Counted from the stretch's first letter, positions 42,659 through 53,231 are shown. The stretch: 60,489 nt of DNA from a virus (IMGVR_UViG_3300020200_000001:1-60489); one strand, 5' to 3'. Numbers and translations: made by a program. Notes: generated by a model not told the origin, from the sequence alone.

Positions 42659-44154
42659 AGTCGAAATCCCTTGTATTCATTCTTGGGTAAAACGACATGC
42701 AGTGACTGCCGAGCGCGAGTGATCCCCACGTAGAGCAGCCGATGGATGTCGTCGGCATTGCGTTCATATTCCGCAGCAAACTTGGTCGATAGGTCCGTGA
42801 GCAGTAAGACGTTGTCCGCCTCCCCTCCCTTAGCTCCATGGATAGTGGAAAGCTTGATAAAGACCCTTCCGGACAGTTTTGTGCCGCGTCGCAGTAACGC
42901 AATGATGTAGTCGCGCTTGTCTTCGCCAATCTTTGTCAGCACCTCGTGCCAGATCGAATCGGTCAGCAGGCCATGGCGTTCTTTAAGGATGTCAAGCGTG
43001 AAGGGCCCCTCTTCTTCGACCCCTTTCAACATCTTGTGGCCACGTGCCACAAATTCTGTTCCAATGTACTTATAGATCTGTTGCACCACGGAGAAAGGAA
43101 GCTCTTTACCTTTGCGCAAGGCCTCCCAGCCCAGGACCGCAGTAAGTACAGTCTCAGGAATACTTCGATGTCCGTGACGCTCAAACAGAAGGCCCTGGCT
43201 CTTGATCCAAGAGTGCATGTCGTTGAGCATGTAGTTGGTCGCCGCCATGATGAGCCATTCCCCACTACTGATGTCGACGTGCTCGAAGTCGTTGTAGAAC
43301 TTTACGTCCCCCTCGAACTCGCGTGGATGCCAGGTCTTTTCCTGCCGTGTTTTTATCCGGTGCACTACGCTATTCGCTAGAGCGTGGACTTTTGCAGGGA
43401 CGCGGTAGGACTGCTCCAGGATGATGACGTCGCCGGGAAAGTTCAGAAAATTGTTCACATCAGCGCCTGCCCAGTTGTAAACCGCCTGGTCGTCATCACC
43501 CGCTAAAAAAGCCCGCTGCGATCGCTGCGCCAGCTCGGCCACCATCTTCCACTGCAGCCGGGACAGGTCCTGCGCTTCGTCGATGATCAGCACCTCAAGC
43601 GAGGGCAACCGATCCGGCTCTTCAGTGATCCGCTCAAGCAGGTCGGTGAAGTCTAGTAAATCACGAGCCTGCTTGTACTGACGGTAGGCGCGCTCGACGT
43701 ACTCGAAGTGAAACCACTCGATGTTCATCTTGCTACGGTTGTAATGCGCACGTAGATCCTCGCCTCGAATCCTGGCGATGTTGATTTCGTTCAGGATTGG
43801 GTGGTCTGCCTTCACCATGAAATCTTCCTCGCCGCTTTCGATTGACAGGTCCAGGCCTGCCTCTCGGGCGAACTCTCGGAAGTTTTCTGGTTTCATCATG
43901 TCCTTGGTGGCCACTCCAAGGCAACGATAGGCCAGGCTATGCAGCGTACGAAACCACGGGAAGTCCGTGGCCTCGTTGAGTTGTGGGAACTTGGCGATCG
44001 CCCGATCCTTCGCCTCGGTCGCGGCCTTTCTGGTGAAAGCAAAGTAGCCCATTCTTGCTGGAGAAACCCCTTGCTCAAGCTCCGTCTCCACCATGTTCAG
44101 GAGGAACGTGGTCTTGCCAGAGCCAGGAGGGCCAAATACTTTTTTAACGCTCAT
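42655..44154 (-). CDS. SF1 UvrD/Rep-like helicase
   Basis: GPPGSGKTT, FTRKAA, IIDEAQD, GDDDQA, STIHGAKGGE, YVGITRAR. Confidence 0.93.
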   Translation of the reverse strand: MSVKKVFGPPGSGKTTFLLNMVETELEQGVSPARMGYFAFTRKAATEAKDRAIAKFPQLNEATDFPWFRTLHSLAYRCLGVATKDMMKPENFREFAREAGLDLSIESGEEDFMVKADHPILNEINIARIRGEDLRAHYNRSKMNIEWFHFEYVERAYRQYKQARDLLDFTDLLERITEEPDRLPSLEVLIIDEAQDLSRLQWKMVAELAQRSQRAFLAGDDDQAVYNWAGADVNNFLNFPGDVIILEQSYRVPAKVHALANSVVHRIKTRQEKTWHPREFEGDVKFYNDFEHVDISSGEWLIMAATNYMLNDMHSWIKSQGLLFERHGHRSIPETVLTAVLGWEALRKGKELPFSVVQQIYKYIGTEFVARGHKMLKGVEEEGPFTLDILKERHGLLTDSIWHEVLTKIGEDKRDYIIALLRRGTKLSGRVFIKLSTIHGAKGGEADNVLLLTDLSTKFAAEYERNADDIHRLLYVGITRARQSLHVVLPKNEYKGFRL

Positions 44155-44398
44155 ACATACCTTCCCAAAGATCATTAGGCCAAACAATGACTGGGGTGCA
44201 GGGACCTAGATAGGCCCCCTCAAGATTAAACTCGATGTACTCTCGGGCCTCCTCCAAGGTCATCCCATCGCGCTTCATGAGAATTTCTCGAATCTTCTCG
44301 CCGTCGTACACCAGCACGTCATTCAGACTTCCGTCCTGGCCCCGCACTATTGCTGGTCCGATGACCGCGTCTGCGTAACCGTCATACTTAATCATCAA
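44144..44398 (-). CDS. Conserved small phage protein
   Basis: DGY.DA.IG, VYD, EEAREYIEFN..GAY.G..TP. Confidence 0.75.
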   Translation of the reverse strand: MMIKYDGYADAVIGPAIVRGQDGSLNDVLVYDGEKIREILMKRDGMTLEEAREYIEFNLEGAYLGPCTPVIVWPNDLWEGMYER

Positions 44399-45924
44399 AA
44401 TGGACTCCTTTTCTGCATCTCAGGCGTGTCGAACGGCGCATCCTGACCAGCGAAGCAGGGCACTCTCCAGACCCTTGTGGTGCGGCCCTTTAAGAACAGG
44501 CTGTGAGGTTCACCGCCAAGGTCTCGAAGTCGCTGTGCCATCTTTGGTGCGGACAGGCCACCAAAGTTGTTGCGCTTAAGGTGTGCTTCGAGGTCCTTGA
44601 TCCGGAAATAGACCTTGCTTTCCTCTTCATGCGTCCATGGTCGGCCCATAAGAATTTCGTCGCGGTCCATCGCCTGCTGCAAGTGTGTGCAGAACTCCTC
44701 CACCAGGTCAGTGAAGCGACCGGTGATGCTGGTGTCCTCAGACGCCTCTTGAATCTGCTCAAGCTCAACCATCTCACGCAGTAGCGTGTTCAGGAGCTGT
44801 TCCCAGTCTTGTTTGCGCAGCGTAGGTGGCAGGAGATTCAGCTTCTCCATGCACGCTTTTTGGAAGAAGGCCTGATTGAAGAGGTGATCAGTGTCTAGCT
44901 CAATGCGTTTGGCATTAACGTCGAGGAACCATAGCGGCGGCTCACTGTTATACTTGGACAGTGCTCCAAGCTGCGGGGAGTCTGGACCATCGCCACCAAT
45001 TCCAAACTTGCGCGTGCGGCACAGGCCGGAGTTGCAAAATGAATTGATCGGCGCGTCCTTGCACTTGTACTTGTACTCTTTCTTGGCGAGCTGCTTAATG
45101 ATGACCTGCAGCTCGTTGATCCCCAATGGCGGCCCGAAGTACTTCTGGTTGTACTCCATCAGCTTGTCTTCCCATCCCACGACGGTCTGTCGCTTGAGGT
45201 AAATGCCGATGTTGAACAATCCGTTGTTCCTGGTCCCTTCTGGGAAGCCTTGGGCGCATAGCGTCTGTAGGCATGGTGGTCCGTCTTTAACGGGGTGTTC
45301 AGGCTCTTTAGGCTCTTCAGGAAACGTCAATGGCAGGTCTTGCACATTCGCGTCGTAGAGCTGATAAAACTCTTCGATTGTGGCGCTTGTGCCGTCGTCC
45401 TTGATCGCATAGCGCAGCGTCTCGTCCCCACCAAAATACGGCAGGTTCAAGAAGTTGCCGGTGTCTCCTCGGTCGACCAAGATCTCCGATTGTTTTGGGA
45501 AGATCTCACGTCCTGCTTCACCTAGCAGGCTTGCTGAAGCCTTAAGATAGCGTTGCATCTCGGCCGCAGCAATGGGCTCCTTGACGAATAAAAATACATG
45601 CGCGCCGCCAGACTTACTACGACATACAATCAAAGGCAGCTTGAGCTTTTTCAGCTTGGCTACGAGTCCCGCATGATCGAGCGGGTATTGGTCGATGTCG
45701 ATGCATCCCCAGATGCATGTGTTGTCAGCGCGGATTGGAATGATGCCCAAGCTGGGCTCCACCCCTTCAAGGTGTTTATGCCATAGGTCGTCTGTAGGAG
45801 GCTTGCGAACGACGACGGCCTTCCCAGCCTGTTTGCCGCTGTCCTTTGCCTTCTCTATTTTGTAGGTTCCATAGGCGATGTCGAGCCCTGAGAAGATCGC
45901 CTTGAACCTGGTTATATCCATCAT
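44395..45924 (-). CDS. AEP-family primase with PriCT-like region
   Basis: HL.G...LGI, CIDID, RSKSGGAH.F, EIFPKQ, NLPY, GPPCL, RNN.LF. Confidence 0.85.
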   Translation of the reverse strand: MMDITRFKAIFSGLDIAYGTYKIEKAKDSGKQAGKAVVVRKPPTDDLWHKHLEGVEPSLGIIPIRADNTCIWGCIDIDQYPLDHAGLVAKLKKLKLPLIVCRSKSGGAHVFLFVKEPIAAAEMQRYLKASASLLGEAGREIFPKQSEILVDRGDTGNFLNLPYFGGDETLRYAIKDDGTSATIEEFYQLYDANVQDLPLTFPEEPKEPEHPVKDGPPCLQTLCAQGFPEGTRNNGLFNIGIYLKRQTVVGWEDKLMEYNQKYFGPPLGINELQVIIKQLAKKEYKYKCKDAPINSFCNSGLCRTRKFGIGGDGPDSPQLGALSKYNSEPPLWFLDVNAKRIELDTDHLFNQAFFQKACMEKLNLLPPTLRKQDWEQLLNTLLREMVELEQIQEASEDTSITGRFTDLVEEFCTHLQQAMDRDEILMGRPWTHEEESKVYFRIKDLEAHLKRNNFGGLSAPKMAQRLRDLGGEPHSLFLKGRTTRVWRVPCFAGQDAPFDTPEMQKRSPF

Positions 45925-45941
45925 TCTCGCTTTCTCGGTCG

Positions 45942-45970
45942 AAAAAGCGGGGGGCACAAGGCCCCCCGCT
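45942..45970 (-). terminator. Terminator after SSB-like gene
   Basis: AGCGGGGGGC/GCCCCCCGCT stem plus T-tract. Confidence 0.75.
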
Positions 45971-45974
45971 AAGA

Positions 45975-46748
45975 TCAGAACGGTTGTGCGCCACCTGTTT
46001 CGGTAGCATCACCCTCATGCTTCACCTGCACCTTGCCGGAGTTGATTTGCTCTGCGAAGGCTTTGGCTGCTGAATAGACGTTCGGATCTTCGACTGACCC
46101 CACTCGCTCGATCTCCCAACCGAACCATTTGCCCTTGTCGTTGGACTCACCAACGGTCGTAAGGCGATAGATCTGGCTGTAGATAGCTGGAGTGAAGAGT
46201 CCGTTCTTGCCTTGCAGCTTCACGGACATCATCATGCTGTTCCACTTGCGACTCTTTTTGAGCTGGGTGGACTTCATGACGATCAGCGCAGGACTGGGTA
46301 TGCCCTGCTCATCGACCACCATCACATAGTGATTTGCGGTGTTTTCGATGTAGTTGCCGTTGTCCAGGTAATCTTTGTTATCACCTGGTTCACGGTGTGT
46401 GCGGCTAAGAATATCGCTTGTGCTCGGATAGATCCCAATCGGCGCACCCGAACCGCTGCCACGCGGTGCCCACTCAATGTACTGCCGTACGTAGGCTGAC
46501 GGGACGACCAAAATGCCCTTCTTGCCGTCGAAGAGCTGGCCTGTAACACTGTTGTAGATCATGCCGGGCATCGCGCCATCAACCTCACCGACTTCTGGCG
46601 AAGTGTTGGTCAGAAGGCGTAGAAACGGAAGCGCAAAGTCATCCTGTCCCATGCCGTCAAAACCAGCCTGTGCGTCTTCCTCAAAATGAGAAACCAGCGC
46701 AAGTGCGTTAGCCGATTGTTCTTTTACTGCAACTTGAGTCTTGCTCAT
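45975..46748 (-). CDS. Putative single-stranded DNA-binding protein
   Basis: LPFL..L...SP, MKSTQLKKSRKWNS, NDKG.W; acidic tail ending PF; replication operon. Confidence 0.65.
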   Translation of the reverse strand: MSKTQVAVKEQSANALALVSHFEEDAQAGFDGMGQDDFALPFLRLLTNTSPEVGEVDGAMPGMIYNSVTGQLFDGKKGILVVPSAYVRQYIEWAPRGSGSGAPIGIYPSTSDILSRTHREPGDNKDYLDNGNYIENTANHYVMVVDEQGIPSPALIVMKSTQLKKSRKWNSMMMSVKLQGKNGLFTPAIYSQIYRLTTVGESNDKGKWFGWEIERVGSVEDPNVYSAAKAFAEQINSGKVQVKHEGDATETGGAQPF

Positions 46749-46768
46749 GATTCGTGTTCCTTTTTTCG

Positions 46769-47323
46769 TTAAACGGATTTGATGATTGCCTTCTGGCCGA
46801 TGTACACGCCAAAAAGCTCTGAGTCGAGTTCGTTGCCTCGCTCGACCTGCTCCTTCACCCATGCCTTAAGGGTCATGGGCTCTATCTTCTCCGCCTGGTC
46901 GACCGGGTAGCCTTGCTGGCGGAGGAGATCCAGTAGACGAACGCAAAGTTCGTCTTCGCCTCGGCCAAATCGTACCGAGACTGTGTTCTTAATAATGTCG
47001 TCAAAGCCGTGGTCCCTGAGCCATTGGTAGGCCTCAGCGCGGCGTGCTTCGGGAATAGAGGCGCTGTAGAAGGGCTTGACATCAATGCTGCTGCCATCCT
47101 CCATGATGAACTTCTTCATCCCCATGCCAGTCAAGGCCTCGGGGATTGCCTCTTCAGTGAGCTTGCGGAATTGCTCCTTCAAGCTTTTAAGCAGTGTTTC
47201 CTGCTCTTCAATGTCTTTTTCCAGTCCTTTGGCCCTCTTGGCGAGAGCCGCAACACCGGTGATCTGGTCATCCTGCACCTGCAGGGCACCAGCATCTTGC
47301 TCAAACAAATTCGTCAAACTCAT
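46769..47323 (-). CDS. Replication-module coiled-coil protein
   Basis: WLRDHG..DIIKN, P.TLKAWVKE. Confidence 0.72.
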   Translation of the reverse strand: MSLTNLFEQDAGALQVQDDQITGVAALAKRAKGLEKDIEEQETLLKSLKEQFRKLTEEAIPEALTGMGMKKFIMEDGSSIDVKPFYSASIPEARRAEAYQWLRDHGFDDIIKNTVSVRFGRGEDELCVRLLDLLRQQGYPVDQAEKIEPMTLKAWVKEQVERGNELDSELFGVYIGQKAIIKSV

Positions 47324-47648
47324 CACTTTCTCCTTTCTTAGGAAACAGATCCACTTGGATCGGTATATAGCGACGCTCAAGCTTGTCCCATTTGAGACAC
47401 TTGAAGCGACCGTGGTTCTTCGCTGCGGCTACGGCACTGATGATCCCTATCGCCGTCGGGTCTCCAATGAAGAGCAAAAAATCCTCATCACTGAATTTCT
47501 CCAGCTTTCGCTGAATGCGACGTACCGTTGGAACAACAGAAAATGCTATCTGCGCGTTGGGCGGCAGAATTGTCTCAATGTCACCGTAGTCCATTGCCGG
47601 GGAAATATTGTGGTTTCCTGTCTCGGAAACAACATAGACCTTAGGCAC
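47301..47648 (-). CDS. Conserved phage hypothetical protein
   Basis: GTG start after AGAAAGGAG; D.LL..GDP, LKWD...RY. Confidence 0.72.
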   Translation of the reverse strand: MPKVYVVSETGNHNISPAMDYGDIETILPPNAQIAFSVVPTVRRIQRKLEKFSDEDFLLFIGDPTAIGIISAVAAAKNHGRFKCLKWDKLERRYIPIQVDLFPKKGESDEFDEFV

Positions 47649-47679
47649 CTTAATTTCTCCTTTCTAAAAGCGAGCGACT

Positions 47680-47709
47680 AGTGTACACTCATTCCTACGG
47701 GGATTGCAA
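47680..47709 (-). promoter_or_regulatory. Promoter TTGCAA-N18-TACACT for the replication operon
   Basis: In the divergent intergenic region; same -10 and spacer length as the island promoters. Confidence 0.65.
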
Positions 47710-47730
47710 CCCCCGCCAGAAAGAGAGAGC

Positions 47731-49185
47731 ATGGAAGAGACTTTTTTAGCTAACTACCCGTTTAAGAACAAGCCGTTCCTGCATCAGCAGGCATACCTTT
47801 CCCGCTTTTGGAACCGTTCTGTGGCAGCACTTTTTGCTGACATGGGAACGGGCAAGAGCTTTATGGTCATCAACAACCTGGCCATGCTGTACGACCATGG
47901 AATGATCGATGGGGCGCTGATCATCGCACCAAAGGGTGTGTATCGCAACTGGCTTGACACCGAGATCCCTAAGCATTTACCCGCACACATCGTCTATCGG
48001 ATGGCCATCTGGAGCCCCACGCCCCGCAAGGCGGAGAAGGCAGCGATGGACGAACTGTTCACGGTCACGGAGGATCTGAAGATCCTCATTATGAACGTCG
48101 AGGCCCTGTCCACCGAGAAGGGGGTCAAGTTTGCTCAACGGTTTTTGCTTTGCCACACGGCCTTCATGGCCGTCGACGAAAGCACCACCATCAAGACCCC
48201 CACCGCGTCGCGTGCCAAAAATTCCGTGAAAGTTGGCAAGTACGCAAAGTACCGACGCATCATGACCGGCTCGCCTGTGACCAAGAGTCCGCTGGATCTG
48301 TACCAGCAATGCGCATTTCTGTCGGACGAGTGCCTGAACATCAGCAGCTACTACGCTTTCCAGGCGCGTTATGCCGTGACGGTGGAGCGCACCTTGTCAA
48401 CCCACAGCTTCAAGCAAATCGTGGGCTATCGACGCCTAGACGAGCTAAAAGAGAAGATGGATCGGTTTGCCTTCCGTGTGACCAAGGAGGAATGCCTAGA
48501 TCTACCAGACAAGATGTTCACAAAGCGTGAGGTTGACCTGACGGACGAGCAGGTCAAGGCCTACATGGAGATGAAGTCCCTGGCGTTGTCCTCTTTCAAA
48601 GAGGGGATTGTTTCGACGGTAAACGCCCTGACCCAGATTATGAGGCTGCACCAGATCGTCTGTGGCCACGTCAAGCTTGACAGCGGAGAGATACTAGAGC
48701 TGCCGAACAATCGGATCAAGGAACTCCTCAGCATCATTGAGGAATCGGACGGCAAGATGATCATCTGGGCCAACTACCGGCATGACATCGAGGCCATCAA
48801 GCTGGCCCTGGCCAAGGAGTATGGGATGAATTTAGTCGCCACGTACTACGGCGACACGGAGTCTGAAGAGCGCCAGCGCATTGTCAACTCCTTCCAGGAT
48901 CCTGACAGTGAACTGCGATTCTTTGTGGGCAACCCAAGTACTGGCGGCTACGGCTTAACGCTGACTCAGGCGTCGATCGTCGTGTACTACAGCAACAGCT
49001 TTGACCTGGAAAAGCGCCTGCAGTCGGAAGATCGTGCTCACCGCATTGGCCAGACTAAAAACGTGCTTTATATCGACCTGATTGCCCCTAAGACGGTGGA
49101 CGAAAAGATTGTCAAGGCATTGAGAAGCAAGATTGACATCGCCACCCAGGTGATGGGAGAGGAATTGAAAGCATGGTTGATTTGA
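47731..49185 (+). CDS. SNF2-family helicase
   Basis: DMGTGKS, VDES, MTGSP, GGYGLTL, QSEDRAHRIGQ. Confidence 0.93.
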   Translation: MEETFLANYPFKNKPFLHQQAYLSRFWNRSVAALFADMGTGKSFMVINNLAMLYDHGMIDGALIIAPKGVYRNWLDTEIPKHLPAHIVYRMAIWSPTPRKAEKAAMDELFTVTEDLKILIMNVEALSTEKGVKFAQRFLLCHTAFMAVDESTTIKTPTASRAKNSVKVGKYAKYRRIMTGSPVTKSPLDLYQQCAFLSDECLNISSYYAFQARYAVTVERTLSTHSFKQIVGYRRLDELKEKMDRFAFRVTKEECLDLPDKMFTKREVDLTDEQVKAYMEMKSLALSSFKEGIVSTVNALTQIMRLHQIVCGHVKLDSGEILELPNNRIKELLSIIEESDGKMIIWANYRHDIEAIKLALAKEYGMNLVATYYGDTESEERQRIVNSFQDPDSELRFFVGNPSTGGYGLTLTQASIVVYYSNSFDLEKRLQSEDRAHRIGQTKNVLYIDLIAPKTVDEKIVKALRSKIDIATQVMGEELKAWLI

Positions 49186-49877
49186 TCCCGATTCGTAAGC
49201 TCTATCGGTACGAGGAGCTGACGCGAGAAGATGGCCAGGGCGGCCGCAAGTACGTCTATGGCGACCAGCGGCTGCCGAGCGTAACTACGATCCTGTCTGG
49301 CACAAAGGACAAGAAGGGCCTTGATGCGTGGGCCGAGAGGGTTGGTCAAGCGAACGCGGAGCGGATCAAGTCCGAAGCTGCTGCCGTTGGCACGCACATG
49401 CACGCGGTGATCGAGCGGATGATCGCGTACCGCGACCTACCCCGCCCCACCAACTGGCTCATGCTCAAGGGCTATGAGATGGGGTATCGGCTCATCAACA
49501 CGTACTTCCAGAACATGCAGGAGATCTGGGGATCTGAGGTGGCCCTCTACTATCCGGAGAAATACGCCGGTACCACTGACCTGGTCTGCGTCTATCGAAA
49601 CAAGCCCTGCATCATGGACTTCAAACAAAGTGTGAAGCCCAAAAAACGCGAGTGGATCGACGACTACTTCCACCAGCTTGGAGCGTATGCCCTGGCGCAT
49701 GACATCGTCCACGGTACCGACATTGATTATGGCGTGATCCTGATGGCCAATCAGGACGGAACGACCGTGGAATACTCCACGGCCGGTTCCGAGTTCAAGC
49801 GGTACAAGGACGAATGGATGAAGCGGGTCGAGCAGTATCTCAACGCTTTTGCAACTGGGCCTGCCGCTCTTCCATGA
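49173..49877 (+). CDS. PD-(D/E)XK exonuclease
   Basis: LPSVTTIL, GT.MH, SE..L, YAGTTD, DFKQ, QL.AY. Confidence 0.9.
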   Translation: MVDLIPIRKLYRYEELTREDGQGGRKYVYGDQRLPSVTTILSGTKDKKGLDAWAERVGQANAERIKSEAAAVGTHMHAVIERMIAYRDLPRPTNWLMLKGYEMGYRLINTYFQNMQEIWGSEVALYYPEKYAGTTDLVCVYRNKPCIMDFKQSVKPKKREWIDDYFHQLGAYALAHDIVHGTDIDYGVILMANQDGTTVEYSTAGSEFKRYKDEWMKRVEQYLNAFATGPAALP

Positions 49878-49901
49878 GCTTCAGCCAGGACCGCCCTCAG
49901 G

Positions 49902-52900
49902 CTAGCCGCCAGCGACCATTGAACCGAGGCTATCCATTGGGAACAACTGCTCAAACATCATCCGGCTCGACTTGTTGGCCGCACCAGGAGATCCTTGATC
50001 AGCAGGTCCTGCGGGAGGCTTGGGACTACTTTGTGCTGGAGGTGATGTCACGCCAGGAACCCCTCGGGTTGCAGGAGCTGGAGGCAGCCGGTTAAGCATC
50101 TGGCTAGACTCCGATCGGAAAGGAATGCGGGGCTGCCCGGGTTGGGGGGCAGCAGGTGCGGGTAGGGTTATCCCAAAGTCTGACGCACGAAACTCCGGTT
50201 TTCCGAAGTCGTAATAGTTTGTTGGAGGAGGACGCCGTGGATACTGAGACTCGTCGTAAGACGCGTAATTAAGGCCCGCAGAAACCAAGTAGCCATGCAG
50301 CGCACGCGCCATCTGAAACTTCTCTCCCTCATTTCGGCCTCGTTTGAGCAAGTCAGCCATGAGTTGAGGATCTTGTGCAGCCTTCTCAATCAGGTTGCGG
50401 ATCATCAACGTGGGCATCTTGTCGAAGATTTCCCGAGTGAATTTAGATCCTGCCTGGGCCACGATCAGACTGCCCGCGCCACTTGGCCCAACAAGGCCGC
50501 CACCGACCCTAGAACCTACGACCCGAAGAGCAAGCTCGGTCACTGCATCGGCGTTTTTGATGATGTCTTCTGGCAGCATCTGGCCGTTGGCAATGACTGT
50601 CTCGATCTTTGCCATGGGCTCCAAAATGCGACGCATGTTTTTCGCCTCTGATATCGACATGACGTTCTGTTGACGCATGAGCTGATATAGAGAAGGCTGA
50701 CCATAAGCGATTGGCTCAAACAATGCGCGTTGGTATGCAGCAGGGCTAAACGCGGAATTCCCGCCAGCCTGCGTGAACGCATAATCAAATACCGCTGACT
50801 TCAGGCCGTTTTGTGCCGAAACCCCGCCTTTAGAAGCCAGTTGAACGAGATTGGAAAAGTTCCGAACAGGATTGCGGCTACGCAGTGCCTCAACGATGGC
50901 ATCCTTTGCGTTTTCACCTGCAGTAAGTTTGGCAAAAGCTTCCTGGTCTTTTGCGTTCCTCATCAAAACGCTGTTTTCATCCAGAACTGCCCTGAAAGCG
51001 TTTTCTGCTCGGGCTGCATCTTGTAGATCGGGAGTGATTTGGAGACGATCTAAAGCTTCCCTGTGGTCACGCACAAACTTCTCAAGCTGGCGCGGGTTAA
51101 CTCGTTGAGTCATTGGGTCGATGGTTTGTGCCGCAGCCAACCGGAAGATGCGAGTCTGTGCGTCAACGATTGAGGTGACGTTCTGTTTGGCTGCATCAGC
51201 AAACGGCTTTAAAGCCTGGGCCTGACGGCTGTTTGCGCCAAACTGCCTGACCACAGAGTCATACTGACGACCCATCAGGCCCACAGCCTCTTCAATATCC
51301 TGCATGCGCTTCCACGCAAGATCGTTGTTCGCGCCAAAGGCGCGCTGTACAACGATCTCTGGTGAGTAGCGAGCCACACCGCGTGTTCCAGCCTGCCCCA
51401 GTTCCCCCGCAAAGCTACGAGTGAAATGGTCATTCAGCGCACGAGAGAAGTTACGAGCGGTGTCGTAATTAGGCATGCGCATGCTATCTAGGTCTCGTAG
51501 AACTCCATCCGCCAGCTTCGCGTAAAAGCCAGCGTTTGCAACCTCCCCACGACTTGACGCGTTGCGTGCAAAGTCCAGCAAGTCACTGCGAATGTTGATC
51601 AGGTCCTCGACGTCAGTACGAGCGAACACCGATTCACGTCTCTGGGTCCGTGGTCCGGCAGGCCTGGTCGTGTATTGAGCAGGCACAACCCCTGTGTCTA
51701 AAAACTCCTGCGTACGGCGACCGGCAGCAAACTGCGCGATAGTGTCAGGAGTCACGCCCAGCCGACCCATGATAGAGCGTACATCCTCAGGCAAGGAGTT
51801 AAACCGCTCTGGGGACATGCTTGTTGCAATTTCCAAGGCCGAGCGCCCGGTGTTCTCTGGAATCACATTACGAGGCACCAGCGTCTCTGTTCCTTGAACC
51901 GTGCGCCGTTTTAGCGTGTCTCTATAGGCATTCAACCAGAGCTGCTTCTCAAACATCCGAGCGTCTCGTAGAGATTCCTCAGTTTTGTCGAGAATGATGC
52001 GACCAATCTCAGCCCTGCTGGCCGGGCTGTCGGTAGTAATATTCCTTGCACGTGCGGCAGCGTCTGCTTCAGCGGCTATCTGGCGAGCCGCCAACATATC
52101 CGAAAAGTTTTGAGACTCGATCTTAGCCGCCGCATTCAAGGCCTCCTGACTCCCTACGGCCCTCAGATTGGCAACAAGAACCTCGTACACCTGGAAGGTT
52201 TCACGGCCCTGCGCTCTGACTGCATTTCTAAAACCAGGACTACTGTGACCCAATGTGGTCTCTAGTACTGTGAGAGTGGGTGAGCCGGTTTTTTGAGCGG
52301 CGGTTGGCTTGGCTCCTGCAGGGAGGTTTGACTCAAGCCTTTGAATCAGTCTCGGAATGTCTTCGCCTGTTTCCTCTAAGATGGTGCGCAAGCGATCGGC
52401 TGCCCGCTGTTGCTGGGCATTTTCGCCCATGACTTTAGACGTGACATTGCGCAAGGCATCTTTTGCAGTACCAAGGCTCGTGACCACCATGCGGCCGGGG
52501 GTGAAAAATCCGCCTACGGTCTCGGCCACAAACCGCGTGGCAGGGGAGTTAGGGGCATACTCCACAGAAGCACCACCAAGGGCCCCCGCTGTGGTTGCAC
52601 CCAGCGTTTCACCCACAGCAAATGACTTAGGGTGTGTAAAAGCAGTCTCTCGAGCCCGGTTCATGAACTGCGCGACACGGCCGCCTGTTTGAACCGGAAC
52701 CATCCACGCAAAAGGCATCGCACCCAGGCCTTGCCCTGTCGTGATAGCACCTTCACGATAAGGCACAAGATCAGGCGAGCTTACTCCGGGGAAAAGCTTG
52801 TCGATGTCCTTTGACAAAAGCCACGCTGTCCCGATTCCAACGGCGGTGCCTATCGCAGGCATAAATGGAGCTGCTGGGCCGGTGAATGGCGCAATAGCTA

Positions 52901-53231
52901 TACCGCCACGCAGTCCTATGGCTGCACCCCCGCTGATTGATAGGCCCTGCCCAGTGCCGATGCTAAGGCCATACAGCATTTCACGCCGAAGGTCTTCCCC
53001 ACTGGGCTTGATAGGAGCACCTGTGACCATGCCAGGGGGAGCCGATCCCCCACTGGAAGGGGCATCGTACATTGAGGGCCCTGTGAAGTCGGCTTTAAGC
53101 CTTTCCCACCAGCTTAGATCTCCTGCTCCCACTCGGTCTTGCGGACCGCGTGGGCTGGTAATGAAGATAGGCTCATTTGGGTTTTGCGCGGGCTGAGGCG
53201 ACGTCCCCTGGGGACGGGTTTCTTCGCTCAT
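49902..53231 (-). CDS. Large internal virion / DNA ejection protein
   Basis: About 1109 aa, helical, Gly/Ala-rich hydrophobic segments; last gene of the virion operon. Confidence 0.65.
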   Translation of the reverse strand: MSEETRPQGTSPQPAQNPNEPIFITSPRGPQDRVGAGDLSWWERLKADFTGPSMYDAPSSGGSAPPGMVTGAPIKPSGEDLRREMLYGLSIGTGQGLSISGGAAIGLRGGIAIAPFTGPAAPFMPAIGTAVGIGTAWLLSKDIDKLFPGVSSPDLVPYREGAITTGQGLGAMPFAWMVPVQTGGRVAQFMNRARETAFTHPKSFAVGETLGATTAGALGGASVEYAPNSPATRFVAETVGGFFTPGRMVVTSLGTAKDALRNVTSKVMGENAQQQRAADRLRTILEETGEDIPRLIQRLESNLPAGAKPTAAQKTGSPTLTVLETTLGHSSPGFRNAVRAQGRETFQVYEVLVANLRAVGSQEALNAAAKIESQNFSDMLAARQIAAEADAAARARNITTDSPASRAEIGRIILDKTEESLRDARMFEKQLWLNAYRDTLKRRTVQGTETLVPRNVIPENTGRSALEIATSMSPERFNSLPEDVRSIMGRLGVTPDTIAQFAAGRRTQEFLDTGVVPAQYTTRPAGPRTQRRESVFARTDVEDLINIRSDLLDFARNASSRGEVANAGFYAKLADGVLRDLDSMRMPNYDTARNFSRALNDHFTRSFAGELGQAGTRGVARYSPEIVVQRAFGANNDLAWKRMQDIEEAVGLMGRQYDSVVRQFGANSRQAQALKPFADAAKQNVTSIVDAQTRIFRLAAAQTIDPMTQRVNPRQLEKFVRDHREALDRLQITPDLQDAARAENAFRAVLDENSVLMRNAKDQEAFAKLTAGENAKDAIVEALRSRNPVRNFSNLVQLASKGGVSAQNGLKSAVFDYAFTQAGGNSAFSPAAYQRALFEPIAYGQPSLYQLMRQQNVMSISEAKNMRRILEPMAKIETVIANGQMLPEDIIKNADAVTELALRVVGSRVGGGLVGPSGAGSLIVAQAGSKFTREIFDKMPTLMIRNLIEKAAQDPQLMADLLKRGRNEGEKFQMARALHGYLVSAGLNYASYDESQYPRRPPPTNYYDFGKPEFRASDFGITLPAPAAPQPGQPRIPFRSESSQMLNRLPPAPATRGVPGVTSPPAQSSPKPPAGPADQGSPGAANKSSRMMFEQLFPMDSLGSMVAGG

